A DNA stretch of 64,000 nt, taken from the human T2T-CHM13v2.0 reference genome, Homo sapiens. Below the pieces are notes generated by a model. That model saw only the letters and a program-made list of their open reading frames with translations, searched no databases and was not told where the DNA came from. The stretch is from assembly GCF_009914755.1 (NCBI RefSeq), contig NC_060936.1; one strand, written 5' to 3'. The translations under genes and the position numbers were made by a program. Numbering within the stretch: the stretch's first letter is position 1; every line of letters starts with the position of its first letter. Below are positions 30,834 through 47,875 of the stretch, piece after piece.

Positions 30834-31120
30834 GAGCTAGTGCAGTGGCTCATACCTATAATCTCAGCACTCTGGGAGGCTGAAGCAGGCAGATCACCTG
30901 AAGCCAGGAGCTCGAGATCAGCCTTGGCAACATAGCAAGACCTTGCCTCTACCGAAAAAAAAAAAAAATTAAAATTAGCCAGGCACAATGGCCCATGCCT
31001 GTAGTCCCAACTATAACTCAGGAGGCTGAGCCGGAAGATCACTTGAGCCCAGCAGTTGGAGGTTACAGTAAGCTGTGATCCTGCCACTGCACTCTACCTA
31101 AGGAGACAGCGAGACTCTTT
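30834..31120 (+). mobile_element. AluJ nested in an MLT1J-like LTR
   Basis: Diverged Alu dimer; flanking taaatggtatt/taatggtatt repeat. Confidence 0.8.
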
Positions 31121-33908
31121 AATTAATTAATGGTATTAGGTAGGACAGGGACCTGTTTCATGAGTCTCATCCACAAGCATGTTTTCATGATAATCACAGA
31201 GGTTTCAGACATTGTATACACGTATCAAAATATCACACTTTAGCCAATAATGGATGCACTTTAAAAAAAGAAGAAAAAAGTATCACCCATAAATATGTAC
31301 AATTATATGTCAGTTAAAATAACAGTAGAAGAAAAAATGTGCTTTTTAAGCCTCTGTTGTGTCAAGTTTTCTATAACAAAATTGATCAAATTGGGTCACA
31401 TAACCAAGTCCAGAGTCAGTATGGAGGGCACCTGCAAAAGGCTTGGATACATGAATTCATGCATGGAACCCCTATTGGTCAGATCTTGGAAATGCTGAAT
31501 TGATCCTCTAATTTTCTTTTCTTTCCTATGTTCCATCTCTTAGGTTTATTTTTTTTCTTTGTTGCTGCTGCTGTTGTTGATGATCCACTTTCTATGAGAT
31601 TTCTTCAATGTTATCCTGAAACTTCTAAAATTTTTTATGTTAGTTCATAATAAATTTTAAATTTCCAAACTACTTTCTTGTTATCTAATTTTACCTGTTT
31701 CATAGCATCCGTTCTTGTTTTAAAAGTACAATATCTTCTCTTATTACTCTAATGAAATTAGTAAGAGTTTTTGGAAGTATTCTTCTTGAATTGCCTCTGC
31801 TTCCCTCAGCAGGTGAAGGGAAGTTTCACCCAACTTCCCACAGCAGAGAAAGGTATCTGGGTGATCTAAAGGCTCTTGTACTTTCAACCAAGATCCATGT
31901 TCTGCTCTGTGTTTTACTCCCAGTTTTTGTGGTGCCGGGAGTTTCCAAATGTGAGTCTCTAAAGGGTTTGCATCTCATCAATGTCTTTTCTATAGGGACT
32001 TCAGAAAATTAAAGGTAACTCTCTGCAGGTAGCATTCTTCCTTTATTTTTCATCTTCCAAAATTTTGTTAAGATCTCTCTTCTGCTATCCCAATTTCTTT
32101 ATCCTTATAAGTTAATACCTTTTAAAGTCTTCTACTGCCATTTCAGTGAGATTTGAGGAAGGAAAGAAGAGGAGTTTACATGGTCTATAGACACTCTCTC
32201 CATTTGCTTTTGGACACAGTGAATTCCAAGTAACACCACAATAATAAAGCAGATATCCAATGATTGAAAACACAGGTGAAGCTCAAGATAAAGGTCAGAA
32301 TTAGAGATGTAAATTGGAGAACTGCTTATACAGAAATGGTTTCTACAACTATCAAAGGAAATAAACAAAATATAAAATAAAGACAAAATATCCAATGATA
32401 CAATATTTAGAAATGCCTAAGCTAGGAAAAAGAAACTATCAAAGAGCTCAAAGAAGGAGGAATGATAAAAATAGAAGAGTAAGTGGGTTAGTACTAAGTC
32501 ACAAAGGTCAAGGGAGAAAAAGGTTTCAAGAGAAAAAAAGACAATCAATGATATCAAATGCTGCTGAGAAACACAGGAAGATGAGGATGTTGAGGACATA
32601 CCATTTGGTGATTAGGAAGATGATGGTGAAGTTTAAGAGAGTTGTTTCAATAGCATATGAGTACAAAAGATAAAGAAGTAGATAGTAAAGTAGATAATGT
32701 ATTGGTGGTTCTTTTTTCCCCAATAATCTGGTGGCCAGTGGAAGACAAAAAGCCTGAGATAAGTGAGAGGAGAATTTGAACATACATGAAAGTTAAGAAA
32801 AGTTTTTGTGTTTTTTTGGTTTGTTGTTTAAGGAAAAAAAAAAAACCTTAGCAAGAGTACAAAAGGAAAGATTTGAGGAAAGAATGTAAATGCAAAGATG
32901 AGGAAAATCAAAGGATAATAAAGGACTGGAGGAGAAAGGTAGGATATGCACTCATGAGCACACATGCAGAGGTTCATCTTAGAAAAGGGGAAGGCATTCT
33001 TACTGCAAGGCAGATATGCAGGGAAAGAGAAAGAATAAAAGCAGAGGTAGAGAGAGACACCAGAAAAAATTCTGAAAACCTCATGCCCAAATGTCCTCAA
33101 GCTCAGTTAAATAAGAAACCAAGTTATCTGCTGAGAGCAAGAATGAAATTTATAGAGAGTGAAAAAGGTTTGGAACAGCTGGTCTGGTAAATGTAATAGG
33201 GGGTTTGTGGGGGAGGCGGTATTTATTAATTTACTTAAGAAATAGCGGCAGCAAGAAAAGTCTAGATAAAGCTATTCTAAGTTCTGGGAGACTCTAAACA
33301 AAATATGGATTTAGAAACAGCAAAATTTCTGTTTTTCACAATAGTAGCTATAATAATGAGAGATGCTCAGTGGGTATGAGGTAGGTAATGTCAAGTGATC
33401 AGAATAAAATATCCAAAAATTAACAAAACCTGAATTTTTCAAAAGGACTTCCTTTTGTATTTTACTTTTTAAGAAGAAATAAGAAAAAGAAAACTAATAA
33501 ATCTTCAATCCAGTTCTTTCAACATTTATTCCTTGCTAATTTCTGACTAATAAAAGCGTTAATTCCAGGCTAATTAAGCCTTCTTAACTGACCTTCAAAG
33601 TTCTCCTCAACTATGCCTAACTATATCAACTCCAATCTCCTTTGTCCAAACACTACTCCTCCACTACAATCTAAAATAGTTGCATTTCCATGCATAGTAG
33701 TTCACATTTGCAAATACAAAGGCTGCTGAATCTTAGAATTTATTTATCTCTACCAATGACCAATTGTTCACAATTAGGTTACTTTTGGTCCTGATTCCTT
33801 TTGGAATTTATATGGAAAGATGTAACATTTACGGAGCCATTCATTATCACTGTTGCCTTCACCCTTTCCTTAGCTAACAGCAGCCACTTGATTCATTTAC
33901 CTCTAAAG

Positions 33909-34101
33909 CATTGGTTCTCAACCAGAAGCAATTTTGCCTCCCAGAGAACACTTAGCAATGTCTAGAGATGATTTTTGGCATCCAGTGTGTACAGGCCAGG
34001 GATGCTGCAATCCTACAATGCAAAGGAAAACCCCACCCCGTCCCCAACAAAAAAAAATTATCTGGTCCAAATGTCAATAGTACCAAGGTTGGGAAATCAT
34101 G
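33909..34101 (+). mobile_element. MER20 hAT-Charlie MITE
   Basis: ggttctcaacc...gcaatgtctagaga...caaatgtcaatagtaccaaggttgggaaa. Confidence 0.8.
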
Positions 34102-34468
34102 CTCAAAAGCTACCTCATTCATATTCTAAGACCTATAAATAGGTCAACAACGAAATAAAACCTGCCTTTGGCTCAAGCTCATTCTCTCCTCTGCTCCTGA
34201 TCTCCTACATTCCCAGGCCCTTTGTCTGCCTTGACCATTGAGACTTTGATTGCCTTTTTCCCAGCAAGGCTATGATATCCTGATTCTCAGATCCTTAGCT
34301 CCCTTGGGCCATCTGACACCTAAGATGCAGTTGCCCCTGTGAAGTTCCAAAACTCCCCAGGCTTGTTTCTCACTGGGGGGTCTTTAATCCTTGTTTTCTG
34401 GACTTGAGTCTTTGCACGGTCTGGCCTCTAACATAACCTGACTAATCCTAATCATCTATTTCTCCCTA

Positions 34469-34791
<323 letters not shown>

Positions 34792-35228
34792 TCAGCATTC
34801 CATCTCTTCTTCCTGCAGTCACCTAAGGGGCTGTTACCTATCTCCAGAACAACAGTTTACATGTGTTAAGACCTCATTATATGGTTGCTGGAGGAAAACA
34901 TGAACCAATAACTTGCAGGCTTGAGTTACAAAGAACATACATTTAAACCAACTGAATTCTGGATCTAACAGTTCTTTCATTCAGTTACCAAAATATTTAT
35001 TGAAGTACAGTACCAGGCATGTGGGGGTGGGTGGCTTAAAAAAAGTATCCATAAATAGCTCACAGCTTAGTATATAAAATCAGATATGTAAATAAGTAAT
35101 CTGTAATTAGACTAATTACAGTCAGATTATTCCTATTTTATAATATCTAAAGAAAATTGTAAAAGAAATAAAATCCTTCCTCAGAATTGACAGAACTAAT
35201 GGTCTTAAAATAAAAGTACATGGGATGA

Positions 35229-35530
35229 GGCTGGGTGCCATGGCTCATGCCTGTAGTCTTAGCACTTTGGGAGGCCGAGGCAGGCAGATGGATTCCCTGA
35301 GGTCAGGAGTTCAAGACCAGTCTGGACAACATGGTGAAACCTGTCTCTACTAAAAATACAAAAATTGGCCAGGTGTGGTGGTGGGCGCCTATAATCCTAG
35401 ATACTCAGGAGGCTAAGGCAGGAGAATTACTTGAACCTGTGAGGCAGAGGTTGCAGTGAGCTGAGATCATGCCATTGCACTCCAGCCTGAGTGACAGAGG
35501 GAGACTCTGTCTCAAAAAAAAAAAAAAAAG
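35229..35530 (+). mobile_element. AluSx-like
   Basis: Full dimer with poly(A). Confidence 0.9.
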
Positions 35531-37560
35531 CGCATGGATAAATAAATGAGCAAATGAACAAGCAGATGGATAAATGAGAAACCAAATATCAAACAAGTAA
35601 ATTTTTTCTGGGGGTCTTAGGCAAAGTGGTACATCATGTAAATGAGAGCCTCATTATTCTACTACATCTCCTTTCTTTTCATCTTCCTTAAATGTCATTC
35701 TCACTATAAATGCTAATTGGTTTAGCATATATAACAAATTAATCTGGGTGATAGAATAATGCTACAACACAATCCATGCTGAAAAATCTTTGCTTCTCAG
35801 TTTTGCAGATAATGAAGCCTCTAAACAGACATAGCCCACCAGTATGTAGACAGACCAGGACTGATACTAGGCCAAAAGACACCATGTAGCCTCTCCAGAT
35901 GTTTACAGCCAGTGTGCATCTGACTGGTCAGTGCTTGTGCCTCATCAGTGGTAAGTTGTTTTAATGTCACCCTTGATCAGTACATTCTCTCAATTTTAGA
36001 GCAGCAGGCAGGGCTCCCAAGAAGAGATTTCATAACTATATTATGTTCATTCTCCCTTTAAAAGTATAAAAATTCCAATTACCAATTGACATAGCAGAAA
36101 GCATCCACCTGGTTAGACTGACTTTTCCTCTGCATAATACCTTGTTAATCCATCATAATGATTTATTCATATTGCTGCTGCACTGAGATATCAGATGCTA
36201 CAACTACGATTATCACTGTTCCTCGTAAAGTGGAGTCTTACAGAGCTGGCTTTGAACCCAAGCTCTATCAGGTACTGTCTACGTGATGTTCAACCTCTTC
36301 TAGGCTGAAGTACGTGAGACTTTAACCAAATGCAATTGAGGAAAATAATATTTACCTTAGAGGTTTGTTGTGAGCATTGATAAGGAGACGATATATCTAT
36401 ACAGACTAGAACATACCAGGTGCTTAATGAATCCTAGCTTCTCCTTTTAGCCAAATCTGATACAAACATATTGATCAAGTTCTTTCCCTTCCTTCCTTTC
36501 ACCATGTGATGCCTGCTCCCCTTCACCTTCCACCACAACTTTTTCTTTTCTCTTTGCTTAATTTTCTTTAAGTCCCTCCACCTTATCGGCAATTTACTTT
36601 TTCATTTATCAAAAGTTACTAAGAGCACGAGCTTACCACTGCCTCTCCCAAAATATCTCCTACAAATCTCTGGAATCCATAGTGAAAAGTAGAAACTATG
36701 ATTCCAAATTTGCCTTTACCCTAAACACATTGTTTTGCCTTTGTTTTAAAGTGGCTTTTCCCTCCTCATCTCTGATAATTTTCCAGCATTAAGAGCATTG
36801 GCTTTTGAGTCAAGCAATCTTGGATTCCAAATCCAATTCTGTTGCTTATGTAGTCGAATTACTTACCTGGTTGACTTATTAAATTTCTGTGGCTCTCACT
36901 GTCCCAAAAACTAGAACATGTATGGCAATGGGCACAATGCCTAGCACATAATAGGTGCTCAAATATATCATATTTAATTGTTCTCAGCACTGGCATTGCT
37001 AACCAAGACTACCTTCTCAGTCAACAATTAGTCTCAAAGATACAATCCAAATCATGTCCCATTAGCATGTGCCCTGTTCTGTATTTATTCACTCAACTAA
37101 TCATCTCCTGAATGCTGTATATGTTCTAGGCATAAAATAAAGACATTTGTACAGCACTTTCAAAGATAACTAAACCAAAGTTTCAGACTTAAAGGAACTC
37201 ATTGTCTAGTGGGAAGGCAAACATGTAAACAAATAATTACACGGCAGTATACTAAGTGCTAAAAATAGATGCATGTACAAGGTGCCAGGGAAGCACCATA
37301 GAGAGAGATCAGGCAAAGCTTCCTTGAAGAGATGACTATGCCAGAGTTGAGTCTGGGAGGATGAGCAGGGATTCACTGAGCACACAAGGGAAAGATGGAC
37401 ATTCTGGGAGAGACAGGGGCAGGCAACAGTGGAAAGTCCATGATGCCTGCTGAAAACACCAAGTACAGGAATTGAGTCGGGTTGGAGAGTGCTGCTACAA
37501 AGAACTGGTGAAAAAATGGGGCAGTTAGGAGGGAGCCAAACCACAAAAGGCCTCAAGTGA

Positions 37561-37919
<359 letters not shown>

Positions 37920-38289
37920 TCTATTGATATATTTCTAAGTCAAAGAATAACATGTTTATAATGGCAGAGGAGGAATCAGGTTGGAAGGACTGTTATTGGA
38001 AGTGGTGATACTGAGTGGACAGAAGTAGTAAGGAAAAACGTCAGGCATGGCTCTAGAGTTTCTAGTTTAAATGATGCACCATAGTTCCTAACACAAATGA
38101 TGCAAGTAACAGAGCAGAACTCTGGGTACAGATAATTAATGTTTTGCATTTCATACCTCCATTGAGGAGGAGATGTTCAATAGGACACCGGGGATAACAT
38201 GTCTAGCGTGCAGGAGAGAGAAATGAATTACAGATACAGGTTTCGGGTAGATTTTGGAGAATAATAATTTTTAAAACCAAAGAACATGC

Positions 38290-38610
38290 TTTTTTTTTTT
38301 TTTTTTGAGACAGAGTCTCACTCTGTTGCCCAGGCTAGAGTGCAGTGGCATGGCGCGATCTTGGCTCACTGCAATCTCTGCCTCCCGGGTTCAAGCGATT
38401 CTCATGCCTCAGCCTCCTGAGTAGCTTGGACTACAGGTGCAGGCCACCACACCCAGTTAATTTTTTTTTTTTTTTTTTTTTTTTGTATTTTCAGTAGAGA
38501 CGGAGTTTCACCGTGTTAGCCAGGATGGTCTCGATCTCCTGACCTCATGATCCACCCGCCTCAGCCTCCCAAAGTGATGGGATTACAGGCGTGAGCCACC
38601 ATGCCTGGCC
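38290..38610 (-). mobile_element. AluSc-like with expanded middle poly(A)
   Basis: TSD aagaacatgcttttt; T24 at 38461-38484. Confidence 0.9.
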
Positions 38611-40179
38611 AAGAACATGCTTTTTAAAAGAAATATAATTCATTTAGACTTCTCTCCCAACTTCAAGTGAAAAGATTACAAATTAAAAACCTTAAATTAC
38701 TATCTATTGCATATATATTAAAATCTAACATTAAAAAATATGGAAAGATGTCAACACATTTAATGAAAACAAAAAACTTTAACAGAGGTAAGTATTGTAT
38801 ATTTATTTGTCTATTACTTTGCTTAAGCAGTCTGCTTGCTAATATAAGGACATTTTCCTTACCTATAAGAGTAACGTATTTCCAAAATAATGTTTTCATG
38901 GCCAAAAAAAAGCATAACGCTTGCTTCATCTTCTGAATAAACAAGTGTGTTTAATTTCCTGAGTAAACATTAGTCATAGTTGACACTGAACAGTGTCCAA
39001 ATTCAAGGAAGGAGTTAAGAAATTTCTAAAACCCCAAGAGCAATATACCTCACCCAGAGAATCTAGTGAAGAGCTTATTATAAAGGACTAAAAGTCAATG
39101 TCATACCAAAATTTTAAATAACATCATGCATCCCTCTACTTAATAAATTATTTCAAAATCAGGTCACAATTGACAGACACACTATCTTGGGCAGACGGGA
39201 GAGACTAGATAAGCAGGGAAAATTTCCTTTTCTCTACTGAAGCATGTCCACCAACTGTCATATCTGGAAAACAGCCAAAATGAGCACTTTATTTGCAAAA
39301 AGAACAGGAGATTTATAATGTGAGCAAAATGTGTGCTATATAAATGCAGAATATAGAGAATTATTTTAAGATTCATATTTCTGTATGTTTAGAAATAATG
39401 TTTCAAAGACGTAGATTAAAACCACAAGTTCATCTATATAAAAAGCTCTAAAAGCCAAGGGTGGCAACGCTTAAATCCCTATAGATAAGCTTTACCCTTT
39501 TCTTCTGGGCTGTGACCATCTATGCGAGGTAAGGTTTCCTTATAAACTTCTAAGACAGATAATCTGGCCTCACAGGTATCTAAATGAATTAGCCACATAA
39601 ATTACTCTGAGAAAACCACAGCCAAATCATGTCTCTCTTAACCTTCCTTTCCTTCTGCTCCCTAACCCTCTGTTTTCTCTTTAGTCACAGAGCATTTTCT
39701 AGTTTCCTGACCACGGGGTTTACCAGCCAAAGCTGACACAGCTGAGTTGAGAAGGGAAAGCAGCTGAACTATAAAGGAAGGAAATCAGAGAGAAAAGAGG
39801 CAGGGAGTCTGGAAATGCTAACTAGAGGGGAAATAAGAAAACCCTGGACTGTGTCTGAATCTGTAGAAACTTGCAACTCTAGATTAATGTCCTCAACTCA
39901 GGTGTTGGCGGCCCTTAGTCAACTAAGGGTTTGCGAAAATTTTCCAAATGGGTTCCTCGCTAATCTAAAATAAATACATATTAAAAATAGTAATAATGGC
40001 AGAGTCTCAATAACATTTATAGTCAATAACCAGGGAAAAGGAAGGGTAGGCATTCATTTTGAGTGACTTTACTATTGGAAACTCCTGGACAGTTACAGCA
40101 TTGCTATTAACACAATTGTCACTTTGGATAAGGTGTCCAACTGCATCACACAGTATTTTGGTTCTTTAAAGAAGTTAGG

Positions 40180-40506
40180 GGCTGGGCATGATGGCTCACA
40201 CCTGTAATCCCAGCATTTTGAGAGGCCGAGGCGGACGGATCATCTGAGGTCAGGAATTCAAGACCAGCCCGGCCAACATGGTGAAACTCCATCTCTACTA
40301 AAAATACCAAAAATTAGCCAGGCGTGGTGACAGGCGCCTGTAGTCTCAGCTACTCAGGAGGCTGAGGCAGGAGAATTGTTTGAACCCAGGAGGCAGAGGT
40401 TGCAGTGAGCCCAGATTGTGCCACTGCACTCCAGCCTGGGCAGCAGAGTGAGACTCCCTCTCAAAAAAAACAAAACAAAACAAGACAAAACAAACAACAA
40501 AACAAA
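40180..40506 (+). mobile_element. AluSx-like
   Basis: Full dimer with an (AAAAC)n tail. Confidence 0.9.
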
Positions 40507-41300
40507 TGAAGTGAGAGAATTTAAACAGAAAGGAAGTGGGAAAGGTAAGGTGAAGAAAGACTTCTGGTTTGAGTGTATTCTCTTAAAAAGTTCACAAAAT
40601 CGCTGAGGTAATAAACATTTTTCCACATGCCTCTTTTCTGAGATTTTGTCCACCTTCTCCTCCAGCCATGAGGTGGGGCTCAAGGAGACTCAGCAGCCCC
40701 TAGTTTATGCTACAAGATCCTATCTCCCTGCCTTCCCCTCATCCTCACTGCCTTGATTCCTGGTCTTTTCAAGGCCTGGCAGTTCAACATTTCCTTGATT
40801 CTATGAAAGACTTCTATAGTCATAAATTCCCATTCCCCTTTAAAGAAAAAGCAAGCAAGACCTCCAAGGAAGGATATATTAAACATGGATCTTGTACCCT
40901 TTTCTGCAACTCCTTTCATCAGTGAGATGATGATAATACTATAGATTAGATTGTGGAGAAAATAGGTATCTATCCATCCCAAGAGTCAAGAGTTTTGGAG
41001 GGATTTTTAAAGGTAATCCAGGAACAAATAGGATAGGTACTCTGCATGTTCCCTTGTTCTGCTGATGAATGTCACAAAATACAAAGTTTACGAAGCATTT
41101 CTATGGACACCCAAGGACACCATAAAAACAGAAAGCCAAGATACAAATACTTTGAAATACTGTGAAAAGGTCCTACGTTATTAGAGGTATTGATAAGAAA
41201 ACAAGATGTTAAGAAAAGAGTAGAAATCACGATCTCTTTAGATCCCTAGATGTTTTCTTGTGTATTAAGTATGACATTTTTTAAATCCAGGCTGGTTTAG

Positions 41301-42602
<1,302 letters not shown>

Positions 42603-43689
42603 GAGTTCTCTTCTTAAGGTAGTAAAACTAAAATTCAGATCATCTTTCCATTGAGTTTGTTTTCCCAAACCTAGGGAAGGAGAGCAGGAACTGGTAATAG
42701 TGCCTGCTGTTTATTTTTTCTTAAATGTGGCATGCAAAGCTGAATGATCTTTTAAAGTACAGAATATAACTGCAATGAATTATTTCTGCAATACTTCCAA
42801 CTATTTTTCCCATTTCTTTGCAATTAATGATAGCATTTTTTTGGCTATAGCAAATGTTTACTAAAGAGCTTCCTGGACGTTTCTTTGCTTAGATTTATTT
42901 CTAGGAATTATAGTTTCCTGATAGTAACTTAAAGCTTGGGAAATTCCCAGTATGAATTACTTACTGTCCTGGTTCATTTGAAGCAATAATCATTTTTATA
43001 AGACCTGTGCAGATGTGCCATATTTTATAATATACTTGTGTCAATTTCCAGACATATTTTTATGACATTTTAAAAATCATAGTGGGAATATCATATAACA
43101 AGAAAAACCTACTTGCTGGAATCCTTATCTCTATCGAATTCTGCAAACTCAACTTCTTCAGTGAATGACAGTTAATATCTCAGTTCTTTTATAACTCTTT
43201 TTCGGCATTATCATCATCTTACTAAAATTCTTGAGAATGCACTTTGCTGATAATTATGATAAAGAAAGACCTTCAGCTAAACAGCAAAAAAATATATAAA
43301 GATTTTCTGTCTCTCATTCTGGAGGCCTACTACATGTCCACAACACTATACATGAAAAAAAGCCCATTAAAGAATGCAAAGTGCTGACCAGCCTATCAAA
43401 TTATCATCATCTCTCCTCCAAAGTGCAAGGAGAAATAGTATCCAGGAGAACTGCCACACAGTGCTCATGCTTTGGTCATAATCTGATGTTACCTAAAATC
43501 ATTAATTGCCCAATTTTCTTCCAATACAAGGTACAGCCAATGCTGACTTTGAAAGAGATATTATCATTGTCATCACCTAGATAAAAAGAAGAGCCTCCTC
43601 CACTTTCTCTTCCACTCCCTATTCCTCTTTTCCTTCCTTCTCATTTCCCTTCTCTTCCTGAAAAATTCAGTTCCTACACTATTAAGTAA

Positions 43690-45640
43690 CACAGAGAAAG
43701 GTAGGTGTCCACATCAGAGGAAAGATGGAAGGCACAGTGGAAAGGTAGGAGGTGTGTCCATATTGGGGCAGGCCTAGTGTGGCGTACCATAGCCTAAGTG
43801 AGAGGGCATCCCTTCTGGCATGATATGAGAGGGTTAGAACCCACACAGGGTGAAGAGGGTGCCCATGTGGTGATGGCAGAGGGGAACACCCCAGCATGGG
43901 ATGTCAGTATCCAAACAGAATGAGAGGGCATCCACATGCAAGGGTGACCTAGTGCAGGGGGATTAGAGTCCAAGAAGGATGAAAAGATTATTCCCCTGTA
44001 GATGCAGACCAGGAGAGAGTCAGATATGAAAAGGGTGAAGAGGTGTCTCTGCAGAAGGACAGCCTAGTGTGGGGTGACAGAGCCTAAGAGGGAAAAGGAG
44101 GACATTAACAGAAGGGAGGGGACGATAGTGGAGAGGAGATTGATAGCATATAAGACGACTTATCAAATAAGTATATATACAAAGATAACAGAAGCCAGAC
44201 TGGAGGATGAAGGAAGTTACAATAAACTCATATTTTTAATAACTATAGAGATGTAAATATGTGTACACAGTGATGTGAATATATTCACTCCCTGGCTGAG
44301 AGGATCTGGGAGATATGACACTCCAAAAGCCATGAGCATAACAATACCCAAATCTTAGCTTCTAATGGCCCACTTTCCAATAAAAGGAACCAGGCCACTT
44401 GGAGAAAAGGTTGATTCCAGGGCTAAGGCAGGAAAAGATGAGTCCTGGAACATTTTATGATGCCAAAAGCAAGGAAATGCTCAAGGAATGGCTCAAAAAA
44501 AAAGTCAGCCTAAAAGGGATCCTACTAAGTCTGAGATAATTTAAGCATCAAAATTAATAATGATAGCAGTGCATTATAACCTAGGCAATAAAACAGCAAA
44601 CCATGAGTCCACACTGATATAAATAAATGAATAAAAGAAAGTTTGATGAGGAATGGGATATCTGCATAAATGTACCTCCACACAAAATAGTTATTAAAGG
44701 GGGAAAAAGGTAATTATATATATAGAAGTTTGACAACCACCATCATAAGCAAGTGATTAAAATGAACATTATCAGCAACGGGACAGATCAAATCCCATGC
44801 CACCTGACAGGATACAATGAAAAGAACAGAGCATCCCTCTGTGGCATTCCCACCAAAGGTGCACAACCTGGGCCAGGCACGGTGGCTCACGCCAGTAATC
44901 CCAGCACTCTGGATGGCCGAGGCAGGCAGATAACTTGAGGTCAGGAGTTAGAGACCAGCCTGGTCAACATGGTGAAACCCCGTCTCTACTAAAAATACAA
45001 AAATTAGGCGCATATTTGTAGTCCCAGCTACTCAGGAGGCTGAGGCACAAGAATCGCTTGAACCCGGGAGGCAGAGCTTGCAGTGAGCCAAAATTGCGCC
45101 ACTGCACTCCAGCCTGGGCGACAAAGTGAGACTGCATCTCCGAAAACAACCAAACATCAACAACAAAAAAAGTGCACAACCTGAATGTAATAATAAGAAA
45201 ACAGCAGGTAAACCCAAAGTGAGGGACATCTTATAAAATAACTGGCTTATTGTCTTTGTGTCAAGATCACAAAAGTCAAAGAAAGACTGAGAAATTATTC
45301 ACACTCAAGAAGACTAAGGAGGTATGACAACTAAATGCAGTACATGATTTTGAACTTAATCCCAATAAAGACATTATTGGGACAGTTGGCAAAACTTGAA
45401 TGGGATCTGAGGAATAAATGGCTGTAATGTGACAAAGTTAATTTTCTTATTTTAGTGACTGTATTGTGGTTAGGTCGAAGAATGTCCTTGTCTGTAGGAA
45501 ATACAAACTAAAGTATTCTGGGGTGATTAGGTTGACAACTTACTTGCAAATGGTTCGGGGAAAAAAAAGGTTATTTAAACTATATTTCCAGATTTTCCAT
45601 AATATGTGATTATTTCAAAATAAATTTTAATTTTAAAAAT
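43690..45640 (+). mobile_element. Old L1MC/MD-type 3' region with nested AluSx (44871-45171)
   Basis: aataaaaggaaccaggccacttggagaaaaggttgattccagggct, gactaaggaggtatgacaactaaatgca, agacattattgggacagttggcaaaacttgaatggg; Alu TSD gtgcacaacctg. Confidence 0.7.
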
Positions 45641-46584
45641 AAAAATATTTGACAGTATGTAGTTCTACCTCCAAACATTAAAGAATTACCTGAACCTGAC
45701 TCATGGTCGGATTTAGATCTGATGTATGATGGGAGATGAGAGCCAAATGCTGACACCAGACTGCTCAAACGAAAAAGCTAAATTTGTGAGTTTTTATGCC
45801 CTAGTAAAATTAGATACTACTGTATAGTTAGCTATTATCTCATGTAAATGATTTTTGTAAGGGCCTAGAGAGAAGAGTCTATTTTCCAGCCTCCAAAGCA
45901 CCATCACCATACTAAATGCATAGTGTACACCTCAAGATATTTCCATACCATAAAAATATGTCTCAAAATATTTTAATGCTTTTAAAAAGGAGAAAATAGT
46001 AATGATAGGCTTACTAGGAACCCATTAATCTCATGGATTACAGCACAGCACATACAACTTCCGTGGAACACAATTTTTTTCTGTTCAAGTTATCTTTGTG
46101 AGGAATGTACAAGATAGAAAACAAATACTAAATCTTTGGTGACCAGTACCACTCCTAAAAGCAAAAGGAAAAAAGCAATCCTCTGCCTCTGGGATCAGAG
46201 GAAGATTGGCCAAGCAGTGTCACTCCCTATGGCCTGTCTTGGTGCCTACAGTTACACCATTAAAGATTTAGGTTAAGACAGTGTAAACAAATGACTTATT
46301 ATAATGCAAATATTCCAGAGTTTCCCATTCAATAAAAGATACTCATGAAATATATAATTATGATTTATAATTATGAATAATTTATTGAATATCTAAATTA
46401 TTTATTGCATAGATATTAATGCTTAGTAATAATAAGCATTTTATTTCCTCCTGTGTAATAGGCACTGTGATAGATATTTTATATAAATTATCTTTAACCA
46501 TTCCAACTCTACAAGATAGATGTTATCACCTCCACTTTATAAATAAGGAAACTGAAGCCCAAAGAAGTTAAATCACCTGCATAG

Positions 46585-47177
<593 letters not shown>

Positions 47178-47504
47178 CTATGGTATGAGGGAATAAAATG
47201 CCATATAGGAAAGCTTCTTATTGGTACAGGATAAAACTAAATTATGAGACTTCTGAGTTTGGGGTAGAAGAAGCCAAAGAATGCCTTAGAACCATGAAAG
47301 GAAGAAAGGCTAAGCAAAGGGACATAAGGGCACAGGAAGAGGGGATGAGAAAGGTCTAAGGACAAACTGCCTGGTTCCCCAGTTTTCCTACACAGCCTAA
47401 CACTAGAGTTGACAAAAGTCCCTGAATTAATAATGAGCTCAGTTAAAAACGACAGGCTTAGATTTATTGGCCTGAAAGAGATGGATCATAAATGAGGGCT
47501 GTGG

Positions 47505-47811
<307 letters not shown>

Positions 47812-47875
47812 TGCTGTGGTGAACACTGTACTTTCCTTCTTTGTGTGAAAGGAATGAGGACAAATAAATCCCACG

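Noticed and set aside
43700-44130. CRISPR-like repeat-spacer array
   Set aside because: Human DNA; the units are degenerate tandem copies without identical repeats or unique spacers.
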